IMG/VR virus record: IMGVR_UViG_3300029989_000006
Reading direction: 5' to 3' (one strand)
Length of the DNA stretch: 64,000 nucleotides
From: a virus
Shown: in pieces, positions 14,438 to 27,102 of the stretch
Position numbering within the stretch: position 1 is the stretch's first letter
Layout of the letters: the number at the start of each line of letters is the position of its first letter
The notes under the pieces: model-generated
The model's database searches: none
Seen by the model: the letters and a program-made list of their open reading frames with translations, nothing else
What the model was told of the DNA's origin: nothing
Translations under genes and position numbers: made by a program

Positions 14438-16309
14438 TTAATTAAGTACTTGTGCATTACCATTTACTGATTGTACTGCAGGTGTTGTATTTAAATTGTA
14501 TTGAACATCACTATTTTTAGTAGCTTTAACTGTTGGACCTCTTCCATTAAAACTATCTACAATAACATTAGAGGCAGGTCTATAAGGAATTGCAATCATC
14601 CCTTTATAATAATTACCAAATCAACCTTCATTTGGTTTTGTAGATTTAATTTTAGTTCCAATCTTTTCTGATCAAGTTTTATCTAGATCTGGCATAATTG
14701 CTTTCTCTTCATCTGAAGTTAACTTAGTTACTCAAGGATTATCTTTTCCTAAAGCAGTTCCATCATTTGTATAACCATAAAATACTAAAAATGGTTTAAT
14801 ATGACTATTATCCATAATTACTTTAGTATTTATTCCATTTTTAGTTTCTTCACCAATTTTGATATCAAAATTATGATCTTTAAAAAATCTAGTTGCTTCA
14901 CTAGTAGATCATTTATCCTTATTTGATTCATATGTAGCATAAATCTCTTTAAAGATTTTAAATGCATTATAATCAGGTCTTCCATTATCATCAACTGGCA
15001 TATAAACCTTTGCTGCATCTTTTCCATCATAAACCACATTTTTAAAATCATATGATTCTAATGATTTATTTCCAAAAGAAGCATTATCAAAATCTAAAAA
15101 TTGATTATAACCAATATTTGCTATATTTTGAACTGATGTCATAGGAATTGTTTCATCATTGGGTGTCATTAATGGAAATACTCCACCAATTGCTCCTTTA
15201 AGTAAAACTCCAAGTTTTGCATCATTAAAAGCAAATGTTAAATTCTTACTCATTAATTTATCATTATGAGACATCTGGAAATTATTCATTGGCTTATCAC
15301 TTTGACCTGAAGAACCATCACCAATTTTTACAGGTTTAACTTTTTCAGAATGTGAATCATTAGCACTATTACTAATCATATTCATTAACATAGATCCTGG
15401 TGTATCACCACTTAAAGCAGCTATTACGGATAGTTTATTTTGTGCCTTTTCACCCATAGCTTCCCAAATATATTTTAATCCCTTTTCAACTCTTCCTCTT
15501 TGTGAACTGTTATTCTGTTCAACGGATACATAATCACTATTTACATCTGTAAGTGAATTTAATTTTTGTAATTGTTCAAATTCTTCTTTTGTTGGAGTTG
15601 GACCTTTAATGTTTATTCTAGAAGCATTCATCTGATGTTGAATCTCATTCCATTGTGCTTTACTATAAACTTTATCAGATATTTCTGTATCAGTTCCAAA
15701 ATCCTTTACTAATTTAAGAACATCATCCTTAATTGTTTTTAAACTAACTGCATCATTTGCAACATTAAAAATATCATTTCTTCCAACTAAATTTGGATTT
15801 AATCTTCTTTCGTTTAATAAATCCTGAACTGTTAATAATTGTTGTGTATTTTTATTTTTTTGATAATCAGCTAAGGTAACTCCTTTAACTGTCCCCACTT
15901 TATCCTTAACAAATAATTCTCCTCTACTACCAACTGCAACTTCACTTAATGTACCTTGTTTTGAGGCTTCATTTACTGATTGTGTTCATGCATCTTTATT
16001 TTCTCTTAATGCATTTAAAGTTCCAATTAATTTTATAGAACTTAATCTATTTTTAGGTTGTAAATAAGGATTTGTTTCAGAACCTTCTAACTTTGCAAGT
16101 TCAGATGTAAATTGATTTACTTCATTCGTTAAACCAACATCTTTTTTTATCATTTCTTTATAAAGAGCATCATCTAAAATAGATGATCCAGAATTATCTG
16201 AATCATCTTTTTTAGAAGTTGTTGGCATTTGAGGAGTTGGACTTGAAGGTATATAAGGAGTAAAAGCTACAAATCCACCTCCTTGTTGCAGTTTTGGTAT
16301 AAATTTCAT
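14438..16309 (-). CDS. Virion cargo/ejection protein (623 aa); code 4
   Basis: Fragments 16309 and 15898 are in frame across TGA, with TAA at 14438. N-terminus MKFIPKLQQGG. Confidence 0.65.
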
Positions 16310-19300
16310 TATTTAAATACTTTTATTAGTGATTTTTGTAAAAGTTCATTATCTAAAAAAATAGATTTATAAAACATTTCCAATTCTTTTTGACTTTTTT
16401 CATGTTCATTTCTTATTTTTGCCAATTCTATTCTATTATCTTGTGACATACTTCCTCCTTTTTTATAATAAGGAGAATAAGATTGTACCACAGCCTGTTG
16501 TTTTAAAATAGGTGAAGTATATTGTTCCATTAATGTATTTCCATATTTTATTTTGTCTAATAAAGCTTTAGCATAAGCAGATTTTTCAAAAGTCATATTA
16601 GGATCAACATTTTTTGAACTTTTCATATCTTCTGTAAATTTATCACGATATAATTGTTCAATCTCAGGAGAAGATAATTTTGCTAAATATTTCTGCATAC
16701 TAATAAGATTTGGATCATTAATTTTCTGTCGTAAATCAAATGTAGCTTTTTTCTGTTGCCACATTGGTCAAGTCATTGCTTCTGATTTAAGTAAAGTATT
16801 TCTTGCAGTTGTGTCAGCCATAGTTTTATTTGCCATGACTAAAGACATATTTTTTTCAGCATTAGATGATGCAGATTTATTAGCATTTATAATTTGAAGA
16901 TTTCTCTGTCCAATTTGAGTATTCATAGATAATTCCTGTCCTTTTATAGCATCATTTCTTTGAATATCTGCTTGTTGTGCTCTTGATGTTATATCTGCAT
17001 TTTTAGCATTAGCTTGTAATCTTGCACTAATTCCTTTTCCTCAATCATTAGTATTTTCTGCAATGTTTTTACCAATATTATTATTAATTCTATTTTGTTG
17101 TTCTGCTATAATAGTATTTGGTGTACTAGTACGCATATAAACTAATGGACTTGTTTGTAATATTGGAAATTTAGATGCAGCAGTTAATTGATTCTTTAAA
17201 ATGTTTTTATTACCAACCATTGTATTTACAAATTGTGCTAAATTCACAAATCGTGTTGGATCAATGTATGGTTTTGATGTATATGGAATTTCTGCAGGAG
17301 GATTAAGTCCATCTGTATCTAATGTTGTAGTATTAGGTGCTGGTGTTGTTGGTGCAGATGTGTTAATATTAGCAACTTTAGGAGTCATAGGACTTGAAAT
17401 TAATCCAGATGAAACAGTAGGTTTCCCTATTAAATTTGAAACAAAATTATGTACTGTTCCAATTTTTTTATCAACCAATAAACGTTGAACATCAGAAGCA
17501 TTTTTTACTTGATAAGTTCCCTTATTAGCTAAAATTTGTTTATTTAAATCTGATCCATATTTATTAAATCAATTATCATCAATAGATTTTTGATAATCTA
17601 ACCAAGGTTTATTATATTCCTGAGTTTTTGAATCAAACCTAAAATCATTTCCAAATTGTTCCATAGTTCTGAATGGAATTTTTCCTGCATTTTGCATTTT
17701 TAATATTCCTCCTTCAGATTTTTTCTCTACTTTCTTTTTAGAAGTAACTTTATTAACTTTTTCCACTTTTTCTTTAGAAGTTTTTGGTTTAGTAGTTGTT
17801 TTAACAACTTCTTTTTCTTCAGTTGGATTTACAACTACTTTAGTTTTTTCTATTTCAGGAGTTTTTACTGGAAGCTTTTCTTTTAAACTTTGTAGTTTTT
17901 CCACAGCAGATTTTTCATCTGTCACAACTCCTTCACCTAAGTGTTTTCTAGCTAATTTATAATCATTAAAATCTGTGCCTCTATCTCCAGTAACTAATTT
18001 TGGTTCAGTTCCAAGAGTTCATTTTCCAGTAGATTGTCCATAACTATGAGTTAAATTCTTTGTATCAATTTGTGTTAACTCTTCTGGAGTTAAATCCCTT
18101 CCATGAGTTTCTTTATAAGCAGAACTTATTTTATTTTTTAAATTATTTAAACTTGCTTCAGCTTGTTCTTTAGTTGGCTCAGTACCTTTACCTATTAATG
18201 ATTTTCCTCTTTCAATTAAAGATTTAGATGGTTCAGCATCAGGTTTAATAATTCCTTTTACTTGTCCTGTATCAATAAGTTTTCCTTCAGAATCCAAAAG
18301 ATTAAAGGCAGTTTTATCATTTGTAACACTTGCTCTTTCAGCTTGGTTAGTAATAGCTTTCATTCTTCCAGCATTTGCTTTTAAAACATTTGCAAAAGAT
18401 ATACCCATTACTACTTTTTTCCAATCCTCAGGATTAGTATTTTTAACACCATCCTCTTTTCAATCTTTATAAATGTTAACTCCTCCAGAAATTGCCTGTT
18501 GTCCAGCAAATGCACCTAATCCATATTTTCCGGCTGTTGCAACTTTTGCAAAATTAGTTGTTGTAGCTTTTTTAGCTAAGTTTCCTAAAGTTTGACTGCC
18601 TATGATTTTAGTAGTTGCTCCTTTTAATGTCTCAGCTGCTGCAATATGAGAATCAAGTGCTTGTGAAGCTAATTTCATAGTTTCTTCAATTGGTTTTCCT
18701 TCACCAACTAATTTAGTAGCTAATTCAATTGCTTCAGCAGTAGGTTTTTCGGTTTTTAATAATGCAGATGCTCCTTTAGCTTCTTCTAAGGTATTAAAAC
18801 CTGCTTTTGTTAAAGTACCAACGGCCTCTAATTCTTTAGTTCCTTCTATACCTTTACTAATTGCTTCAGCTGTTTTTGTAAGTTTAGCAATCTTAGTTGC
18901 ATCCATTCCTACTTGTCCAGCTTTTATTAAGGATTTAACTCCACCTAATCCGAAGAATGATAATGCCACAAAAGCAGCATCTAGACCTAAATCTAATTTA
19001 TGATTTAATAAACCATTTGCTCCTTCTTCATGTAAAATCTTACCAATATCTGCTCCCATGACAACTCCTGCTCCAATAGAACCTGTTGGTCCTGGAACAA
19101 ATGATGCACCTAATCCTGCAATACCTGCAACATCATAAGCGGTACTTGTAGTATCTTGTCCTGCAAATGTTCTTGCATCTGTTTTATTTACAACTGAAGA
19201 TGGTTCTCCTTTAAGTATTTCTGCTAAAGTATTTTCAGGATTTTCCTGAGATGGTACTACATTCTCTCCTACTACTGGAAGTACTGTTGCTATTGGATGT

Positions 19301-20133
19301 GCTAAATCATACTCTCCTTGAATTTGTTTTTTTCTTTCGTCAGATAATAAAAATCCATTAGGATTAGAACCTGTTCTATTTAATACATCAACTAAACTAT
19401 TTCATGTATTATCATCAATTGGTTTAGTAAAATCAATTTTATCAGTTATAGCTTTTATAGCTTGAGCATGTTCAGTTCCTGTAAATTTATCAATTCCTTT
19501 ATTTGTTTCATAATCTTTTAAATAATCCTCAGCATTTTCTTTAGAATATTTAGCAACTTTTTGTTTGATTACATCATCAGTTGTTCATGATTTTAATGCT
19601 GTATCACGAGATGCATCATTACCACCAAAAACAGTCCCTGTCATATAATCCTCTAAAGATCTAAAAGATTTATCTAATGCATATCTTGGAATAGTTACCT
19701 GAGGATTTACATTTTGTGATGATGTTTTTCAATCATTATATATTGATGCAACTAAAGAATTATATTTCTTTCTTGTAGAATTTTCTTCACCATAATTACT
19801 TCTATCAGGATTGCCAGTATAGGATCCAAATAAATTTTTATTAATTGCATCTCTACTTCCACCTCATTCTGCTTTTTGTAATTCTGGATCAGTTATTTTG
19901 GAACTATCAATACTATATTCGTGTTTAACAGGATCATAAGCATATATATCATTAAAATTACTTAGTTGTGATAATTTTAAGAACTGAGCAGCGGTGTCTC
20001 TAGCTTCTCTTTCACCTTTACTAGTAAAATTTGTACTATCTAATCGTTTTGTCAGATAATCTGCAAAACTTTGTCCTTGTGAAGATATTCCTTCAGTTCA
20101 TCCACCCGCTTTTAATTTTTTGACTAGTGCCAT
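16309..20133 (-). CDS. Large cargo/ejection protein (1,274 aa) with hydrophobic Gly/Ala-rich segments; code 4
   Basis: ATG at 20133 (MALVKKLKAGG-W). Fragments 19059, 18408, 17925, 17478 and 16764 are all in the same frame, split at TGA. Confidence 0.7.
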
Positions 20134-20160
20134 GTTTTTACGATTTTTAAATTAAACAAT

Positions 20161-20192
20161 AAAAGGGAGACAGATCTCCCTGCTTCCCTTTT
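20161..20192 (-). terminator. Putative rho-independent terminator
   Basis: Imperfect hairpin AAAAGGGAAGCAG...CTGTCTCCCTTTT followed by ATT on the minus strand, just after the 20201 gene. Confidence 0.6.
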
Positions 20193-20200
20193 AAGGTAGG

Positions 20201-20482
20201 CTATCGTCTGCCTATTAATACTAACTTACCTCCTTGACGTTGATAGGTTGGCTGTCCCTGGGCTTCTTGACCTTGTTGACCTTGTTGAGCAGCTCCTTGT
20301 AATAGTTGCATAATCATCTGTGCCAAAGCTGCAGCAGCCTCTGGTCCTAACTGTTGAACAATTTGTGTAGCCATTTGAGCTAATTGTTCTTGTGGATTAC
20401 CTTGTCCACCTTGTCCACCTTGTGCTCCTTGTTCTGAAGCTGCAGGTGCTTCTCCACCTACTTGAAATTTTCTTACTTTCAT
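20201..20482 (-). CDS. Small Gln/Gly-rich virion protein
   Basis: 93-aa ORF with KFQVGG and YQRQGG motifs like neighbouring cargo proteins. Confidence 0.6.
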   Translation of the reverse strand: MKVRKFQVGGEAPAASEQGAQGGQGGQGNPQEQLAQMATQIVQQLGPEAAAALAQMIMQLLQGAAQQGQQGQEAQGQPTYQRQGGKLVLIGRR

Positions 20483-20487
20483 TTTAA

Positions 20488-21081
20488 TTACTGATTTTTT
20501 GATTGTACATACTCAGGGTTATTAGTTTCCTGAACTTTTAAAAATTTAAATACTCTCTTTCCTAGATTCTTATAATCATTCTCATTATTCGTCGTTGCAG
20601 CTTTCTTTGCAAACTTAATTAATATCTTTGTATTAGCCCGAGAAAAAATTCTCTCTTCACCTTCTAATTCCATTTGAATTTCTCCACCTGAATTTAACAC
20701 TAACATTTTATCTGGTTTAAGTTGTTTATGTTTTGGTTGAAACTCTAATTCATCTCCCACTTTAATACCAGAATTTTCATTAACTTCTAGTACATAATAT
20801 GCATCTTGTTCTGTAAGGAGTTCTTCTGATAATGGTACTCCATGTTGAACAGAGAGTACATTTAATTCATCACTTATAAAAACAATATCTAATGGAATTT
20901 TAGTATCTTTCATTCATATTCCATTTCCTTCCATCATATCATCTTCTGAAAAAAGAAATAACATTCCTTCATCAGGAGCCAATTCAGTTTTTTCTTGTAA
21001 TCCTTGCTCTTTATCTTCATCAGTTTGAGCAAGTTCTACTTTATAATATTTTCCCCCAATTAAAATATTTACTTTTTCCAT
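20488..21081 (-). CDS. DUF192 family protein; code 4
   Basis: ATG at 21081. VELAQT...QGLQ...DEGMLFLF...GI-W(TGA at 20914-20916)-MKDTKIPLDIVF matches the DUF192 WMKxTxIPLDIxF motif. Confidence 0.85.
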
Positions 21082-21320
21082 TCTGATAAAATATTTGAAA
21101 TAACTTCTTTATAGTTCTGTACTAATACCCCGCCTTCTTTATGTTTTCATTTTTTTGCATTTTGTGCAAAAATTGCTCTTTTTCTTGTAAGAGAATTACT
21201 ACTGTGTGTAAGAGTTTCTGTAGATTTACCTGTTCTTTCCTTTAAGGCAGTAAATTTTCCCTTATTTGCAGGATTAATATGTATACTTGTTCCTTCTTTA
21301 GCTTTTATTATATATTTCAT
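21069..21320 (-). CDS. Small basic protein (83 aa; IHINPANKGKFT...RAIFAQNAKKW); code 4
   Basis: ATG at 21320 to TAA at 21069 with one in-frame TGA; not in the ORF track. Confidence 0.65.
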
Positions 21321-21321
21321 A

Positions 21322-22674
21322 TTATATAGTATTAATAAGATTTGTATTATCCTGAGTATTCTCTAATAGTTCTTCTGTAACAAATTTACCACATTCAATA
21401 CAAATTTGATCTTTTTCTTTTGGATCTTCTGTATCATTAAACTGTGTAAAAAATTCTTCCATTTTATCGGTTGCTTCTTTGTGAAATATAATCTCATTCT
21501 TTTCAATTTCAGCATGTTGCTCTATTTTACCATCTTCCACTGTAATCACTGGAATTCCCTTATTTGTAACTGCACTTCCTAAATCTCCATCATAATGATT
21601 TAAATTTTTATGTAATGCACCTTCGGGAATTACATTCATTTTTCCACCAATAGCATATTTAATAACCTCACCATCCATTGCTTGTCCTTCTTGAGCTTTA
21701 AATATTTTTTTCTTAACCTTATTCTTAAGATTTCTTAATTTTGCAGGATTAATCTTTGTTCCTAATTTTCCTGAGACAATTTGATTTTTATATGAATTGT
21801 TTAATCCAGAAGTTAATGCCTGTCTATTTTTTGAATTGATATCTTGCATAGAATTCATACCTGCTAAGGTATTATTTTTATCTAAATCAATTGCATTAGA
21901 TTTTAAAGCATTAGTTGTATTTATTTTTTCTATAGCAGCTCTTTTATTTGCTAATAATCCTTTTTTATTTCCAAATAATTTACTTATAAAATTAGTTACT
22001 CCCCCAATTTCTGTTGAAGCAATAGTTCTCTCTGCACTATATCCTTTTGTAACTTTAGCAGCTAAATCTGTATCAGAACCTTCTACTTTAGTTTTTGCTA
22101 CTGCATTTAAAATTTTTAAAGGCAATAATGCAGTACTTCCTAAAGTTGAATTCATAATTTTATCACCGGTATTACTTGCATTATTAATTCCACCACCTAT
22201 AGCATTAATACCTTTGTTTAATAATCCTGCAGCTTTCATTGTTCCACCAATAATAGTTCCATAACCTGGAATTGCTGATGCAGCATTTGCTGCCATATCT
22301 CATCCTGCATCAATTCCACCTGTTAATGGATCATCTTGAGTTTTATCTGGAATCAATGAGGATAATAAATTGATTCCTTGTCCTACCAATGCTCCTTTTT
22401 GTTCTTTACCTATTCCTTTTCAAGAACTTTGTAAAGTACTCCCAAGACTCTTTTCAGTATTAGTTTCCCCATATTGATTTTTTTCTCATTGGGTAGAACC
22501 TATTGCAGGTGTTGGTATAAATTTTTGTATCATTTGGTTAAATGAATTTTCTTTAGAGAAATTTTGAAATATTCCAGGAATTCTATTTATTTTAGAATTA
22601 CCTGGAGTATTAAAATTAAGAACTGAATCAGAAGGAAATTCCTCTCATTTTCCTGTATATTGGTTAATTGGCAT
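21322..22674 (-). CDS. Virion cargo protein (450 aa); code 4
   Basis: ATG at 22674 is in frame through TGAs with the 22296 fragment. C-terminal VIPEGALH...GIPVI...AEIEKNEIIF segment is typical of crAss cargo proteins. Confidence 0.65.
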
Positions 22675-22685
22675 CGTAGTTAATT

Positions 22686-25600
22686 TTATGCATAACTAAT
22701 TGTAAATAAAGTTCTTAAGGCATTAATAATAGAATGTTTCTTTCCATCATATTTTACTCTTATTTTTATATATTTGTCTCTTATTCTCATTTCACTGATT
22801 TTTGAAAATCTTATTTCACCATCTTTTAAATAAGCATATCTTATTTTAATTGGCTGAATTTGTATATCTCAGGAATCTTCTACATAATGCATATTACCCT
22901 TAGTTCTACCATAATTTACAAAATCCTTTCCATCTTGATTTGATAAAACTCTATCTTCTCCATTTCATGTATCATTTACTAATACAGTATCAGAAGTAAA
23001 ATCTTCTCAAGCAATTGTGTCTAATAGACTTACTGTTTTATCTTTAAGAACAAACGGTAATTTTAAAAATTTAAATGTTGAATAATCGGATGGATTAATT
23101 CAAGTTGGGACTGGAAATTCTGGATGATCTATTAAAATTTGTGAAATAAAGTTAGATAATAAATATCTATACCCATTTAAAACTTTATCTAAAGATGATT
23201 GATATAATACAGTATTAATCTTATATGAACCATTTGATTCTAATGTATAAATAAAATCATCTTTTAATACTGGTGTATAAATTCCATCAATACTTGTAAT
23301 ACTATAATTATAAAGAGGTTCATCATTTAATCAACTAATAACTTCTTTATAAGAATGTCAATCATATCCTTCTCCTACAATTTCAAAATTAAAAGAATCT
23401 GGTTTTGATTTATTTGAAATAATTTTTAAATTATCAAATATTTTCTGAACTCCAGGAACTGCAGCCACAACAAATTCAAATTCGAATGGATGTTGTTCTT
23501 CATATCATACTGTATGTTTTATATTTGCAACCTCATCGGCAGTTCCTGCAAATCCATGTTTATATAATTTATTCTCTCCCTTTGAATGAATTTTAGTATT
23601 TGCAAAAGTATAAAAAATATTATTAATATTTTCCGAAAATTCCGGAAATCATGTATTTCTAGTTACTCAATGGTTTAAAAGCTCATTTCAACATAAATGT
23701 CATTGTTGTTTATTATAACTAAAAACAAATAATACATCTTGCTTAAAGGCATTATAATGAGATTTAATACTATAATTTTCAGGTTTATTTAAAACATCTG
23801 TAACTCTTAAATTTATATTATCATTTAAAAATTTCTGAATTTTCATATCTGAAATAGTTTCAAACTTATTTCCATTGGTTCTTCAAATTCTTTTACCAAT
23901 AGTATCTAAACCATAAATATATTTAGGTGTAAAAACTATTGAATTAGCTCAAGTTGTTCCAAAAGTATTAGATAATACCTTTGGATTTTTTGGTAATACA
24001 GTTTCAGTATTAATATAAACATTTTCACCCTGAGCATTCATCATCATAGCACGTTCATTAACTGGAATCATTAAAACCCCATGTTCCATAACTGCTATCA
24101 ATGTTCCATACCATTCTACTAAAGAAACTAGGGCACCATACTCCATTGTATAGTCTTGAAAATTCTGAGCCTTAAATACTCTATTGCCATTTTTAAATGC
24201 ACCTTCTCTAAGTAATTCTGAATAGTAAATTCTATTTGTAAAATTAGTTTTAATAAATGGAACATCTGGAATTTCAAAGTAATATCTATCTGATAATGAA
24301 TGATTTATTCCATTGTTCATAACAGTAGACTCTGGTAATTTATTAGTAATTTTTGCTTCTTGTAATGGATGAAAACTGCGTTTCATTTTATGTATTGCCT
24401 CTTCTTGTGGTCTAGAAAAATCAATATCTCTCATTGCAAGATTTATATTGCTACAAATTTTAAATGTTACTCAATGTCCTAAACCTACTGCATTTACATC
24501 TGGTCTATTAATCTTTTCAGAACCAAATGTTCCATTAGCTTCTGAATATTTTTTGAATTTTTTACCATCTGGTAAACATAATCAGCTTAATGCAACCGAA
24601 CCATCAGTTTTCTCATCAAGTCCACCATATGTAAATAAAGATAATAATTTTTTATATTCAAATTCAGTTCCTCCTGGTAAAGTACTTATTTCACCAGTAC
24701 TATCTCCATTATTTGCCCTAATTAATCCCTGCAAAGCTCCCCCATTATTTATTGATATATGTTTAGAAGTTCTAACTTTAAAGTTCTTATATCAAGTATA
24801 AGGATCAACTATTTGATTATTTGTTGGTAATTCTGGATCTATAAAATTTCATAAGACTCTATGTGTATATGTGCTTATAAAACAATCCCCTCTATAATGA
24901 GTTGGAGATCCTCATTGCCCAATTTTATCTCATGTTAGTCTGTCACCAATTGCCATGAATGGAGAAGAATCATTATATCTAATTCTAAAATAATTTTTTC
25001 AATTACTGAAATCATAATCTTTTTGAAATATATTATAATGTTGTCCAAAGATAAGATTATTTGCACTACTTCCAAGAAAAGTATTAAATCCTCCTCTTAT
25101 TTTTGTTGTACTATCTGATCATGTATTTTCTGATGCAGTTGTTTTATCTAATGAATTAATATTACCTAAAATTGGATCTTCAAATTTTCAAGCAATTGTT
25201 GGATCACCAGCTTTAGAACAAAATTTACTATTATCACCATTATTAATCAATTCAATTTCTGGTTCAACTAATAATAAATTTGTTGTAATAGTATCAGATG
25301 AAATGACATTATCCTTAATTAAATCTCCTAAGTTAAATAATGTTTGAGTATTTGCTCCATCATTAAAAATCTTTCCACCAGAACTATATTTAAACTTCTT
25401 TAAAATAAATTCTGAGGAATTAAAATAATTATTAAATATATCAGTTCTTACACAAGCCTCTGGACATAATAAGGCATTATTCTGTATATCTACAGGTTGT
25501 ACCTCAAATAAACTCCTTCCTAAAATTGGATAATTATGTAAATCTTTCTTTAAAAATGATTCTGAGAAAAATTTTCTTTGATTAGTTCCATTATTATTAT

Positions 25601-27092
25601 ATTGTCCAAAAATAATAGGAGTATATGATTTCTTAGTTGTTGCAATTCCAACTGCTTGTGTCAATAACGTAGGAATTCTTTTTTGCCTAACAAAGAAAAA
25701 TCCTTTAGTTAAATCCCTTAATCCATAAGCCCCAGTAATTTTATTTTGATTTACTATATCATCCTGAAATTTAAATTTAAGTCCTATTGGTTTAATACTG
25801 TCTGCTCCATTAAAAACACTTTGATCTGAATTAATTTTAAAAACTCCTTTAATATTTTCTAAATTTCCATCAATTCTTGAATTAGATTTTTCTAAAATAA
25901 AATCCTCACCAAAATTTAATTCATCCCCTCTCTCATAGTTATCAAATACAGTTATACTTGTAAGTTCTTTAATACCTCTTATATTGAATACTGGAGATAA
26001 TGTATAATCTGGTAAAATATAAATAATTCCAAAACGATATATATCTTCATCTCAATAACCTAATTTATAATAAATATTTTTTGTATTATAATATTCATAA
26101 CCAATATCAGGATTATTTTCTGTATAAGAAGCACTTAAGTTTCCAATAGTTTCATCATATGACAATTCTGGAGTAATAAACAAACTATATTTTTCTAAAA
26201 TTTTAAATAGTTCATAACTTTTAGTAATATTTCCAACAAAAGTTAAATTTTGACAATTTGTATTAGTCTCTGCTGAATCAAAATTAGCATATTGAATATT
26301 TATTTCAGAATTATCTATTTCAACATGATTTTCAAAACCTGTAATAGTCAATTCTGTAGAAATTCCTCTGATTTTAAATTTATCAGTAATTTTATAACTT
26401 TTTAATTGATCTATTAAATTATTTCCTGAATGTTTAGTATAATAAATATTAATATAATCATAGGCTAAATCAAGATTATTAATTTGGAATTTAATAACTT
26501 TATCACTAACTTCATCCATTTGTCCTCCTCTTATAGAAGATGGATGATTTACTGCCCCAATATGACAAACAACTTTACCTGATTCAGATATAAAATCTGA
26601 TTCATTTCCATCACTGTCAGCTAATTTAAAATAAAAATTATAACTCCCCACTGGTAAATTACCTCCACTTTCAATACCTTTAAAATCTAATGTTATTATT
26701 GATCTAACAGTTTTAACTAATCCTGCTTCAATTTTGAAATTTTCTTCAGTATATATATTGGTATCTAAATTTCCTTTTCTATCCCCAATTTTATAAGTAT
26801 TTGAATCTACTAAATAAAATCTAGAATTTATTATCTTTAATGGATTCTTTTTATCATTAATTATTAAATTTACTGAATCATCATATGAAGGTTCTGTATC
26901 TATAATTAAAGGTGAGTTAATATCAATACCTGCAGAGAATGCATTTAAAGATAAACTTACTAAGTCTATGGTTCCATCAGTTGTTAAAACCTTTAAATTT
27001 TGTAAAGGTTTATATTGATATAGTAATTTTCCATCTTCAGGAAAAGCATGTATCGTATTATTTATTTGTATTGATATTAATGGTAAACTCAT
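22686..27092 (-). CDS. Tail muzzle/stabilisation protein, main part (1,468 aa); code 4
   Basis: Fragments 27092, 25664 and 24434 are in one frame. KLGY-W-DEDIYRFGI, YRGDCFI, RIRDKYIKIRVKY and the TISYA C-terminus are characteristic of crAss muzzle proteins. Confidence 0.75.
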
Positions 27093-27102
27093 TATTTATA
27101 AT

